A stretch of 64,000 bases of DNA, taken from the NCBI RefSeq assembly GCF_003918875.1, contig NW_025767357.1:1798001-1862000 (forward strand), in the 5' to 3' direction. Made by a program: the position numbers and the translations under genes. Source of the DNA: Haliotis rubra (taxonomy: Eukaryota). Shown here piece after piece: positions 34,410 through 46,700 of the stretch (positions are counted from its first letter, which is position 1; each line of letters begins with the position of its first letter). A model generated the notes under the pieces. It made no database searches. It was not told the origin of the DNA and worked only from the letters and a program-made list of their open reading frames with translations.

Positions 34410-34985
34410 GTAAAAAAGTAAAAAGTAAAGTATTTATACAGCGCCTTTTCCAACATCTTTGCTCAGAGGGGCTTTGGCAAAGGCTTTGTCAAAGAAGTGA
34501 GTTTTCAAGACACGCTCGAATAGTTCAAGGTCTTCAATGTTCTGGATGTTTGGTGGCAAGTTGTTCCACAGACACGGTCCTGCTTTAGAAAAAGCTCTGT
34601 CACCGAAATTCATTTGTTTCTCGTCAGTGGAATGTCTAGCACAGGAGTTGGGTCTCAGTGCTCTTCTGGGATTGTAGAGTAAGATCAGAGAGTTGAACAC
34701 AAAGATGAGAATCTTATACATGGTTCTGTATCTGATGGGGAGCCAGTGGAGAGCCTTAAGTACTGGACTGATGTGTTCTGTGCGTTTGGTCCCAGTAAGT
34801 AGGCGAGCAGCACAGTTCTGGACTCTCTGTAATTTGTGCATTGCTTTCGCTGATGATCCGGAAAGGAGACTATTGCAATGGTCTAAGCGTGATGTCACAA
34901 AAGCATGGACGAGTGTCTTGACTGCTTTCTCACCAATGTACCTTTTGATGAGGCTGCTGTTTCCTATATGAAAGTAGCTTACAGC
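34410..34985 (-). mobile_element. L2/CR1-group LINE 3' fragment, antisense and ~80 bp downstream of the group B copy 2 stop
   Basis: LVHAFVTSRLDHCNSLL..LQRVQNCAARL..HISPVLKALHWLP..FGDRAFS..LWNNLP, with a (TTTTAC)-like tail. Confidence 0.9.
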
Positions 34986-35655
34986 ATCAGAGTGACGCTC
35001 AAGGGCCAGAGAGGACAGCACCAAGGTTTTTAGCGTGTGAACTTGGCCTGATATCGCTTCCCCCCACTTCAGTGGCTGGAATTGAAATGGTGACAGTGTG
35101 AACTTCGATCCAAATATGAGAAGTATAAAACAAATTATCAACGAGTGTTCATATACATGTATTACAAGATATGATACAAGACTGAGGAGACTTTGTGAAA
35201 CCATATTTACCCCCTAGGCATATTCACTTCTTAGAATGGCATTTATCACTTGCTTGATAGCGGTGTTAGTAGCTACACATAAAAGTCGCTCATATTGATA
35301 ATAAAGAAGTTGTATATCCATAGAACTCTCCTCGTTGTTCAAGCATATTCAGTTTACAACAATACAGGCAACAACACCTGTGTGTCATTTGACTGTGATG
35401 CCATGGCAACTGATGATATCACAATGGCCTACAAAGCATTGTGGTGCAATCTGTTCTGCCCAAGAGATGTCTCCAGAAGAAGTAAGGTTTTATGACAATC
35501 ATTAATGATTAGTTCCTGTATTTATCCCTTAATTTGTAGCAAATCTGTACACGTGTGTATTTGAAAATAATTATTCAGGTATATTTATGTACAGTGTATA
35601 TGTATGTTTGGATTCAAGAACATTATCAAGTTACTTTAATGAAGATTCCCTTTTG

Positions 35656-36160
35656 TTAGAATTCGGTGAGATGGCGGTATGTGAGATGTCGGCCCACACC
35701 ATTACACAACTGCCACCAAAACTGTCCACTTCCTGTATAGAGTTTCGAACTTAACCTTCCCCATCCGTCTGTACGGAGAACCAGAAAACGTAACTCGTCA
35801 TTATACCAAACATCTCCATCTCCATCGCTGTCGCGGCCATACTTTGTGTCTTTGACACCAATGACGTCGCAGCCGACGATGCTGGTCTGTCGCCTGGGGC
35901 GATTACCTGCGTCGTGAATACGGTTCCTTTCTGTTTGGCCTGAAATGGCTCTGGTGAGTCTAACACCTAAGCGACGAACCTGTATGAACCTGTTCTGCGC
36001 AGCAGTTATAACACGTGGTTGACCGGATTTGGGAAGGTCCAAATTTGACGGCTGATGACGGTTCCATAGTAATGGTGCTTGGCAATACATTGAAACCTAA
36101 CTACTTCCTAAACCGAGTCGCCTGTCGGCAGATATCATTGCTGCTTTAAGCTACTGGCAT
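35656..36160 (-). mobile_element. Decayed Tc1-like transposase (N-terminal half)
   Basis: DLPKSGQPRVITAAQNRFI..VWYNDELRFLVLRTDGWGR..VMVW motifs. Confidence 0.78.
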
Positions 36161-36667
36161 GTTTTTAACTTTTCACTTGCTGTACAACTGTGATGACAAA
36201 CGAATGAAAACCCATCTTTTTCATTGGCCAACAATTCATCTTGCACGTTCGTTTAATGTTGGTGTTTTTGGCCGCAATATATTCTACCCACACAGCAGAA
36301 TAAATGTGAAACTTTACAGAGATACAATTTATGTGTACTGTGTATTCAAAATTAAAAATGTGTTCAAATTATGTAAGATATTTTGACATATATGTTTGAT
36401 TCCAATTTGACAAAAACATTTTGAGAGTTCACGTTCAATTCTCATAAACAACTGCACCTGTGCTCGGTGATCATTTTGTGTTCAGAATAAAATATTTTCA
36501 TATTAAAATTCGCTTTGACAATAAATCTCAGCGCTGATTTCTTTGTATTTTCTTTAAACGCGAGGGTGCATCGTATTTCATTTTATAAATTATAGTGGGA
36601 GTTACTTAACCGTCAAAATCTAATTTCAAAATATGCACGATGTATCCGCCTCATCCCTCATGTTCTG

Positions 36668-36850
36668 AGGTTCCACTACACTAAATCAGTATCACATGCT
36701 CCCTGCGCGAGACCCGTATGTAAACAAGTGAAGAGAGACAGAGACATGTGACAGCTGTGATTGGATGAAATAGTGTAAGATGTTTGTTTTTTAAAAGCAC
36801 ATCCAACCAGTAATTAAAACTGACCACAATTTTAAGTATTTAGTGCTGCC
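36668..36850 (+). repeat. Unclassified dispersed repeat, second copy at 63771-63946
   Basis: AGGTTCCACTACACTAAATCAGTATCACATGCTCCCTGCGCGAG... near-identical over ~180 bp. Confidence 0.85.
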
Positions 36851-36904
36851 ATTTTTATCTCCATCACTTATGCTTATTGTGTGTACAGATATTTTCCAGT
36901 AGGT

Positions 36905-37005
36905 GACACATGGGTACAATGTGTGAAGCCCGTTTCTGGTATCCCCACTGTGATATTGCTGGAATATTTCTAAAAGCGGCGTAAAACTAAACTCACCCAC
37001 TCACT
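36905..37005 (+). mobile_element. SINE family A, 5'-truncated
   Basis: CACATGGGTACAATGTGTGAAGCCC..GCTGGAATATT..GCGGCGTAAAACTAAACTCAC. Confidence 0.85.
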
Positions 37006-37228
37006 CTTTGTTCTGGATACGTAGTGTTTCATTATTGATCTTTACTCCTGTCAAATTGATTCTAACTTTTCATTTCCCTCACTAAGAGTTAACATTGACT
37101 ACTAGAGAATATGATATAAAATCTATGAATATCATAACTACATGTGTATTGATATTACGTCATAATTAGGGAGTATATATGTCCAGTAAGAAGTTAGGCC
37201 TGGAGAAGCAAAATACGATTTCTCTCGC

Positions 37229-37363
37229 GAGGCGTTGGGGTACCCTAATGGTTAAAGCGTACCGCTCGGGTACAATGTGTGAAGCCCATTTCTGGTGTTA
37301 CCCGCAGTGATATTGCTGGAATACTGCTAATAGCTGCGTTAAACCATACTCACTCACTCACTC
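37229..37363 (+). mobile_element. SINE family A (internal deletion)
   Basis: Head, body and (ACTC)n tail. Confidence 0.85.
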
Positions 37364-37576
37364 AAAACATAGCTACTGTTGTACAGTGGTAGTAGCAATG
37401 TGGTACATAGTTCCATCTGTTGAGAAATAGGTTTGCCCAAAGATGTAGTAACTGATCATATTTTATGTTTCTGTGATTGGTGTTTGACGCCGTATATTTT
37501 ATATACTATAATATCACATGCACTATCAATATATCACTGACATTCCAACACCTGAGAGTCGCCGCTTCCGACAAGC

Positions 37577-37716
37577 GGGGCGGTGGGGTAGCCTAGTGGT
37601 TAAAGCGTTCCTCTCGTCACGCCGAAGGTCATGGTTCGATTCCCCACATACAATGTGTGAAGCCCATTTCTGGTGTAACCCGCTATCATGTTGCTGGAAT
37701 ATTGCTAAAAGCGGCA
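37577..37716 (+). mobile_element. SINE family A
   Basis: A box, B box and body. Confidence 0.88.
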
Positions 37717-38149
37717 CATTAAATGAAACACCGAGAACAAGTAGGGTTGGTCGAAGTTAACACTCATCACGTACAGCACGTGCATTTGCTTCACTGTTCC
37801 AACTATTGCGCTTACTCCCTTGTAATACAAAACAATAATAGCGATCTGAAACTGGGATCGTTTGTTAAACAACTTTTATCCTAAGGTGAATACAATTCCA
37901 AGTTTTAAATGTTAAATTTGTACTTTTTGTAAGACTGTCATGTCCAGGTACAAGTCACGCAAACTCACTTTTTTCGCGTAAAAAATGCGTTCATTAAATT
38001 ATATGTTGGTCAAACCTGTCACCAAAATGATTTAGCAAGGTAAAATTGTCCTTGGCATGTCGACGTTTTCATGCAAACAGCTATAGTTTTAAAGTTCTGC
38101 CAAAGACAAACCACGTTTATAAAATGTTCTAAAGTCCCTGCTAAATGGA

Positions 38150-38320
38150 CGCATGAAGTTACGGTTTAGAATTGACCTTCACCAACCGATGTTTGTCGTA
38201 AGAGGCGACTAACGGGATCGGGTGGTCAGGCTCGCTGACTTGGTTGGCACATGTCATCTTATTTCAATGGATCGATGCTCATGCTGTCGATCACTGGATT
38301 GTCTGGTCCAGACTCATCAT
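38150..38320 (+). mobile_element. SINE family B, 3'-truncated
   Basis: TTGTCGTAAGAGGCGACTAACGGGATCGGGTGGTCAGGCTCGCTGACTTGG. Confidence 0.82.
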
Positions 38321-38457
38321 ATGATTCATAATGGTGTTAGGATCTACACAGAAAAAGTCGAATATATTGCAATAAAGAAGTTGTCTACCCATAAAAGATG
38401 TTCCTCTTCATCATACCAGCTTCTAAATTCCACTTGAAGGAAGTTGATGTAGATTAT

Positions 38458-38724
38458 TTATATCCTTCCATCACTCAACGTAAATATTGAGGGAACACTT
38501 TTTCCTTTGACGTACTTGTTGTCTTTAGAATGTACACTACATAGCCTGTCGTTCTTTTCGTGAAACTGAAATGTTGAACTGACGACTCGTATTCTCCGTA
38601 ACCATGCCCTCTGCAGAGCTTTATTCACAGGAAATCTGTGCAACGATATGTATTTTCCATCGATTAGTTTCCCACGATGATTACTACATACGCAACAATA
38701 ATGACGCTTTGACGATACTTCCAT
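38458..38724 (-). mobile_element. THAP zinc-finger fragment, probably from a DNA transposon
   Basis: CCVCSN..SLHRFP..W..RLCSVH..SVPSIF matches the THAP C2CH / AVPTIF signature. No catalytic domain follows. Confidence 0.78.
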
Positions 38725-38941
38725 TTTGGATTTTCCTCTCCGGAAGTAACATTCGTTGTTTTTTTAGCAAGTAAGAGTTTGACAGGGGAGACAACTTTCA
38801 AGGGAGGTAACAACCCTTATTGAACATGGCTATAGCTGGAGCATTGTGGTAGCAGAGATAAACAAGAAACAAACACAAGTGTACCCATGACCACACAACC
38901 TCTAAACAATATTACCGAATAATAACGTTTGAGATCTTCAT

Positions 38942-39298
38942 GACCGCCTCCGTGGTGTAGTGGTTAGAGCGTCCGCCCGGAGGGCGGAAGGTCGCGGGTT
39001 CGATCCCCGACCGCGTCATTCCAAAAGACGTTAAAATATGGTACTTGTTGGTCCCTGCCTGGCGCTCAGCATTAATGGGTACAACAAGGACTGGTCGGCT
39101 CGGAGTCAGTATAATGTGTCTGAGTGGGGTATTCATGCTTCACTGCGGCATGGTATCTCAGTGAGCTAGCACTATAAAACCAGCTTAAGTCTGGGCTAGT
39201 ACAAGCAGCCGCACCTACACATACACACGCATGCACGTCGTCATATGAGCGAAATATTTTCCAGCGCGACGTTAAACCCAATTTCACCTCACCTCACC
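38942..39298 (+). mobile_element. SINE family C, full length
   Basis: TSD TTGAGATCTTCAT / TTGAAATCTTCAT (38929-38941, 39299-39311). Confidence 0.93.
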
Positions 39299-39732
39299 TT
39301 GAAATCTTCATAGAAAGCGCGTCCTGAAATATTCCATTTGCAAGTTGTTGTGACATCGCATTCAGGAGCTGGTCGTTTATTGATGAACATTAGCTTACCT
39401 AAATAAAACCCATTAGGTTGTTTCAATATCATCATTCTCAGGTTATAAAACGTATTGATTTCATGTATTAACAGATTGCCGTTACAATAACATTCGGAAT
39501 GGAATATTGACAGTCTAGTGTGTAGTTAATGAGTATGATAGAGGATTACCCTTTACAACGTGTTATCTGATGCACACAAACAGGTGGAGCGTGAAGTACA
39601 CTTCCCTTTCCATTGCTTTCATTTGCAGGATTAAAACCAATTTGTGATGAAAGTTACATTCCGTTTCAGGAGTAAATGCACTGAAAACATTGTGTCAGTT
39701 GATATATCGAAGGGTATGACTTTGCGCTCCCT

Positions 39733-39884
39733 GGGGCGTTGGGGTGGCCTGGCGGTTAAACGTCACGTCGAATACCCGGGTTCGATTCCCCACATGGATA
39801 CAATGTGCGAAGCCCATTTATGGTGTCCCCCGCCGTGATATTGCTAGAATATTGCTAAAAGCGGCGTAAAACCATACTCACTCA
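39733..39884 (+). mobile_element. SINE family A
   Basis: A/B boxes, body and tail. Confidence 0.88.
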
Positions 39885-40488
39885 TACACCTCGTGTTCCC
39901 TGCTTTACGGCATCACTGCATCATTACAGCGTCACGACAACGTTCCCATGTCAGTATTTATATTAAGCCATTACTGACTGCACTTGAGGTTGATCCAATG
40001 ATTTAAGGATCTTGAATATGTGAAATTCACGGAAGTGAAACTCTTAATTCTAACTTCAAACTTGAACAGTTTTGCTCAGTAATATAAACATCCGTAAAGT
40101 GGAAAATATACAACTTCACCTCATGAAATGACTCAGTAATGCATTGACATATACACTTCAAATTCCACTGTCAAATCCATCAGTGAGTTTATTTGTTAAA
40201 ATTATACTGTACTATAACATTGGTGCAGTTGTTTAAGACAAGGAATGGTATACACTGCTGGGTTGAGAGGTTGAAGGCATATTGGTATGGGGTTTGTACA
40301 CAATACGTAGGGGAAGTAAGAGCGTATATTGCTCACATAAGAAGTATTAATGGTTTTGATGTTATGAAACTCTTCATTGAAGCGTCCCTCAAGATCAGCA
40401 ATAAGTGTGTTCTTCTGAGATCTGGTCAGGCTCAATATCGGTGTGGGCGATGACAATATGAAGCACTTGCTGTTCTACTGTGTTAGTA

Positions 40489-42390
40489 GTGTTATGTGGC
40501 AATGTTATTCATTATGTAATGATGTTCCAAGTGTAATACATTGTAGAAGCGATATTCAGCGAGGGGCAATAGCGTACTATATTTTGATGTTATGTGGCAA
40601 TGTTATTCATTATGTAATAATGTTCCAAGTGTAATACATTGTAGAAGCGATATTCAGCGAGGGGCAATAGCGTACTATATTTTGATGTTATGTGGCAATG
40701 TTATTCATTATGTAATAATGTTCCAAGTGTAATACATTGTAGAAGCGATATTCAGCAAGTGGCAATAGCGTACTATATTTTGATGTTATGTGGCAATGTT
40801 ATTCATTATGTAATAATGTTCCAAGTGTAATACATTGTAGAGGCGATATTCAGCGAGGGGGCAATAGCGTACTATATTTTGATGTTATGTGGCAATGTTA
40901 TTCATTATGTAATAATGTTCCAAGTGTAATACATTGTAGAAGCGATATTCAGCGAGGGGCAATAGCGTACTATATTTTGATGTTATGTGGCAATGTTATT
41001 CATTATGTAATAATGTTCCAAGTGTAATACATTGTAGAAGCGATATTCATCGATGGGCAATAGCGTACTATATTTTGATGTTATGTGGCAATGTTATTCA
41101 TTATGTAATAATGTTCCAAGTGTAATACATTGTAGAAGCGATATTCAGCGATGGGCAATAGCGTACTATATTTTGATGTTATGTGGCATGTTCCAAGTGT
41201 AATATGTTATTCATTATGTAATAATGTCCCAAGTGTAATACATTGTAGAAGCGATATTCAGCGAGGGGCAATAGCGTACTATATTTTGATGTTATGTGGC
41301 AATGTTATTCATTATGTAATAATGTTCCAAGTGTAATACATTGTAGAAGCGATATTCAGCGAGGGGCAATAGCGTACTATATTTTGATGTTATGTGGCAA
41401 TGTTATTCATTATGTAATAATGTTCCAAGTGTAATACATTGTAGAAGCATTATGTAATGATGTTCCAAGTGATATTCAGCGAGGGGCAATAGCGTACTAT
41501 ATTTTGATGTTATGTGGCAATGTTATTCATTATGTAATAATGTTCCAAGTGTAATACATTGTAGAGGCGATATTCAGCGAGGGGCAATAGCGTACTATAT
41601 TTTGATGTTATGTGGCAATGTTATTCATTATGTAATAATGTTCCAAGTGTAATACATTGTAGAAGCGATATTCAGCGAGGGGCAATAGCGTACTATATTT
41701 TGATGTTATGTGGCAATGTTATTCATTATGTAATAATGTTCCAAGTGTAATACATTGTAGAAGCGATATTCAGCGAGGGGCAATAGCGTACTATATTTTG
41801 ATGTTATGTGGCAATGTTATTCATTATGTAATAATGTTCCAAGTGTAATACATTGTAGAAGCGATATTCATCGATGGGCAATAGCGTACTATATTTTGAT
41901 GTTATGTGGCAATGTTATTCATTATGTAATAATGTTCCAAGTGTAATACATTGTAGAAGCGATATTCAGCGAGGGGCAATAGCGTACTATATTTTGATGT
42001 TATGTGGCAATGTTATTCATTATGTAATAATGTTCCAAGTGTAATACATTGTAGAAGCGATATTCAGCGAGGGGCAATAGCGTACTATATTTTGATGTTA
42101 TGTGGCAATGTTATTCATTATGTAATAATGTTCCAAGTGTAATACATTGTAGAGGCGATATTCAGCGAGGGGCAATAGCGTACTATATTTTGATGTTATG
42201 TGGCAATGTTATTCATTATGTAATAATGTTCCAAGTGTAATACATTGTAGAGAAGCGATATTCAGCGAGGGGCAATAGCGTACTATATTTTGATGTTATG
42301 TGGCAATGCTATTCATTATGTAATAATGTTCCAAGTGTAATACATTGTAGAGGCGATATTCAGCGAGGGGCAGTAGTGTACTATATTGTG
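40489..42390. repeat. Tandem array, 98-bp unit, ~19 copies
   Basis: GTTATGTGGCAATGTTATTCATTATGTAATAATGTTCCAAGTGTAATACATTGTAGAAGCGATATTCAGCGAGGGGCAATAGCGTACTATATTTTGAT, units almost identical, no spacers. Confidence 0.97.
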
Positions 42391-42890
42391 ACTCGTGCTA
42401 TATTTAGTTAGAGTTCGGGAAGGTACTACAACCCGATGGACGATTCTGGCCCAGAGATTTGGAGAATTTTATGGTACCTTCTCGGAAGGTATATAAGGGG
42501 AGTTAACTCTTGCCTCTCATCTCACATGACAGCTCAAGACCAGTATTGTGTGTGACGACCAATGGAGCTATTTTGCAAGTTGGATTGCTGCTGCTGAGAG
42601 ATGAATATCACCAGTACTGTCTTCATTGCTATATTCACTGCCCTTGTATTGCATTACCTCTGAATCTGTACTGCCACAGGGAGACCTTTGTAATGTGACT
42701 TTAGTTAATTTAAGAATGCAATTGTTAATTACATTACATTTCTTTGTGTTTGTTATTTTCACATCTAGGTCTTTCACGGACTGATTCCCTGTTAACGTTT
42801 TAGTTTCAACATGGGAATCAACACTTACCAGTAGTTCCAGTGCTGGCTGCTCACGATTGGATTCGACTTGTCACTGCATACCTGGACATG

Positions 42891-43121
42891 GTTGGTTGGT
42901 TGCTGTTTAACGCCGCACTCAGCAGTATTCCACCTATACGGCGGCGGTCTCTAAATAATCGAGTCTGGACCAGACAAACCAGTGACCAACAGCACAAGCA
43001 TCGATCGACGCTATTGGGATACGATGACATGTGTCAACTAAGTCAGCGAGTCTGACCACCCGATCCCATTAGTCGCCTCTTACGACAACCATGGGTTACT
43101 GAAGATCAATTCTAACCCGGG
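42891..43121 (-). mobile_element. SINE family B with (CAAC)n tail
   Basis: Full family B body; flanking ACCTGGA(C/A)ATG is a possible TSD. Confidence 0.88.
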
Positions 43122-43744
43122 ACAGGGGACCTGGAAATGACATCAGGGATTTCCTTTTTTCTTGGAGGGTCTGTAATGTATATTCTGTGTAGGTGTTGAG
43201 ACTACCTTCAGGCTTGTGTTCTATAAGAGTCACATTATAGCGGCCTGCAAACTGACCTGTTGAATCCAGTTCACGGACGCTTTGAGAGGGCTACTTTCAT
43301 TGAAACTGACGGCAGAGGGCGTTTGATTGATAAGTCTCTTTCTTGGATAGGTGCTGGAACAATCGCTACATTTGCAGGTGCCGCTAATGCTTTATAAAAT
43401 TTTCACTGGACACATGACGTCATGACGTCACCTGCAACTTGTGCATTACCGAGATATTTTTGTATATATTTTGACAATTAGGCTTATATATTTCCAACAG
43501 AGGTCATTGTAAAGTAGAAGCCTATGTAGTAAAGTATACGTAGAAGGCTGTTTAGAATTATGTAATGTAAATGATCCTAAATATCTATAACTATGTGTTC
43601 ATACTGATTTAAATTCAACATACCAGGTTTGGCATACACCTTTCCAGTGGCACTATTTGGGTCATCCTGGTGTTTATTAGTCTTTTCGTCCTTAACCATT
43701 TTGATATACACATCTCCTTCCATCTCCCTCAGCGAAGTCAGAAA

Positions 43745-46700
43745 CTTTCAACTTAATATATGTTTTCTCTTCCCCTTCTTCCGGCACCCGTGAAGAGCCA
43801 CCTCCTCGGGGTGGGTGCTGGGTAACGCTAAGAGCTCTTCAAACCCCCGTTGTGGACCCGGGGGCATATTGGTCCACAGCACTCCATTGATGGTCCTAGG
43901 ACCGAATTGGGCAACCTGTTTGCCGTGGGTTGCGCCCCTGTGTCGGTGGAGGAAGGGATTCTGGTGGTTGAGGGCATAGGAGCCAGGAACAGCGTTCCTA
44001 TTGCCCAACACACCACTTCGGCGAGAGCCCAATGGGCCAATCTGGTAGGATCTATCTTTTTATTGCTCCGATTTCCCGACTACAGAAATGCCAGGTTCCT
44101 AACATCAGGATTGGAGATACAAACATAATGTTTTCCCCTGTGGTAAAGAATCTTGGTGTTTATCTAGATTCAGGGCTCAACATGGAGCAACACGTCACTC
44201 ATGTGTGTCGTTCCTGCCACTTCCATCTCAGGAACATTGGAGCCATCCGCCATCTCTTAACAACTGATGCTGCTGCCACTCTGGCAAGATCCCTCATTTT
44301 ATGCAGGCTGGACTATTGCAATAGTCTTTGTGCAGGCATCACTTCTGAACAACTAGACAGACTTCAGAAGATCCAGAACAGCGCAGCAAGACTTGTCACT
44401 AGAACCAAATCCAGATGTCACATATCTCCCATACTAAAGTCACTCCATTGGCTTCCAACCCGCGAAAGAATAAAATTCAAAACACTGTCTCTTGTATATT
44501 CAGCACTAAACTGTTCATCACCCTCCTACATGCAAGATCTTATAACACCCTACACTCCAGCGCGGTCTCTCAGATCTCAAGACAAAGGTCTTCTCAGTGT
44601 CCCAAAATAGAAGTTGCAATCTTTTGGCGGCAGATCTTTCAGCGTTCACTCAGCTTCCCTCTGGAACTCACTACCTCTCCATGTCAAGTCATCTCCTTCC
44701 ATCTCCATCTTTAAATCAAGACTCAAAACATTCTTGTTCAAGCACAACTAAATCTTATAAAACTTCTTCCTGTATATAGTGTACATATTTACTGTTGCGC
44801 AAAGAGCATGCCCTTGAGGTGTGGAGTTACTACTATACTGCGCTCTACAAATGTCCATATCATTATTATCCTGCTCGAGTATACCCTCCTAGTATCCTTG
44901 GTGACGTCTGCGGGAGGCCCACAGACACGGGGAATCGTCCTTGTTGACACTTCATGGTGGGTTGGGAGCTAGGAGGGTGAATCATATATACATCTACCAT
45001 GGCACCCCCCACTTAAAAAAACGATCACACGAATCTGAAGATTCGTTTTCGTCTGAGGATGAGGCTCCTGCAGTTCTCACAAACCCGGATAACTGGCCTC
45101 GTTTCTTAGTTATGTCAGCGCCGGATGGTGGAGCTCTTAAGCTGAATCCTTTCACTGTAGCGAAAGGCATCGAGGGTTTGGCAGGTGATGTCAAGGTTAT
45201 TAAAAAAACTAAGATCTGGTTCACTGCTCATCGAGTGTCGGAAACTGATCCAATCTCAGATTCTGCAATCATCTAAATCTCTGTGGAGGTGTCCCCACAC
45301 ATGACATTGAATAACAGCAAAGGTATCGTCCGTGATGTTGGACGTTGCCTTTCGGACATGAGTGAACATGAGATTGTGACAGAATTGCATGCTCAAGGCG
45401 TTACTCATGTCAAACGCTTCACTCCAAGAAAGAACAACGAGACCTTCAAAACAAACACTTATTTGTTCACGTTTTGTGTGCCTAAACACCCACAGTCACT
45501 AAAAGCGGGATACTGCAATTTGAAGGTCGAGACATTTAGTCCAAATCCCTTGAGGTGCTATGCCTGCCAAAAATATGGTCACGGGTCAAAGTCTTGCCAC
45601 AATCCGGCTGCATGTCACAGATGTGCCGGAAAGTGTGAAGACGGTAATCTTTGTGACAAAACTCCTGTCTGTGTCAACTGTTCTGGCAACCATCCATCTT
45701 CTTCCAAGGATTGTCCTACTTGGAAGCTTCAATCCAAAATTACATAACTAACGCATCAGCATAACATACCGTTTTCAGAGGAAAAGAAAATTGTTCTTTC
45801 ACAAGAACAATCAGGTCCAACTTATTCAAACGCAGTTTCTGCATCTCTTCAGGCATCCAAGCCAAAACATATTTCTTGTAATTCTGTAGGTTGCCAGACA
45901 GACTACACATGGGCAAGGACTTCTGCTCCAACCTTGCTGTCTGCTGAAGTCCAGTCACGGCCTTCACAAGTGACCTGCAGTTCACAAACCACAGACTCAT
46001 CCAACAATATACTTCAATCGAAGACATCACCTGAGATAGATACATCTCAGAAACGGTCAACTAACCCCGAACCAACTGTCAAACCATCTGCAAAACAGAA
46101 GTCAAAACAGAACAGTGAAACTTTCAAACTGAATCAACGTGGAAGAACACCAAAAGGGGCGAATAACCATATCCAGATTTTTAATAAGTTTGGATCCCTT
46201 GATGACATGGATGTGTCAGAGCAACCTGGTAGGACTCATAGCTTGTCGCCATCAAGGAAGGTGAGGGGTAGATCTCCTGTTTATCCTCCGAAGACATAAT
46301 GTCCTCACCTATAATACAATGGAATTGTAGAGGACTTCGGAATAATTTAAATGATTTACAATTTTTAATCCAAGATTTTAAACCGTCAGCTCTCTCCATA
46401 CAAGATACATATTTGAAACATACTGATAATTTTGACTTACGTCAGTTCAATGCATATCACTGTTTTTCTCCCTTGGGTGACAGAGCTATTGGTGGACCAT
46501 CAATCCCGGTGAGGCAAAATGTTATCCATAGCCCAGTTACACTCACAACCAATCTCCAAGCCGTTGCAGTGCGTCTTACGTTGCACGTTGCATTCACTTT
46601 GTGCTCTTTATACCTTCCGCCTTCATCAACTGTTCAACTAACCGATCTGCAAGCTCTTTATGATCAACTACCTAAACCCTGTATAATCATGGGTGATGTA

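Noticed and set aside
38942-39015. tRNA genes at SINE heads (also about 3960-4030, 37577, 59018, 63070-63138)
   Set aside because: A/B boxes continue into SINE bodies with microsatellite tails and TSDs; these are tRNA-derived heads rather than stand-alone tRNA genes.
40489-42390. CRISPR-like array
   Set aside because: Contiguous near-identical 98-bp units without unique spacers, no cas genes, eukaryotic context.
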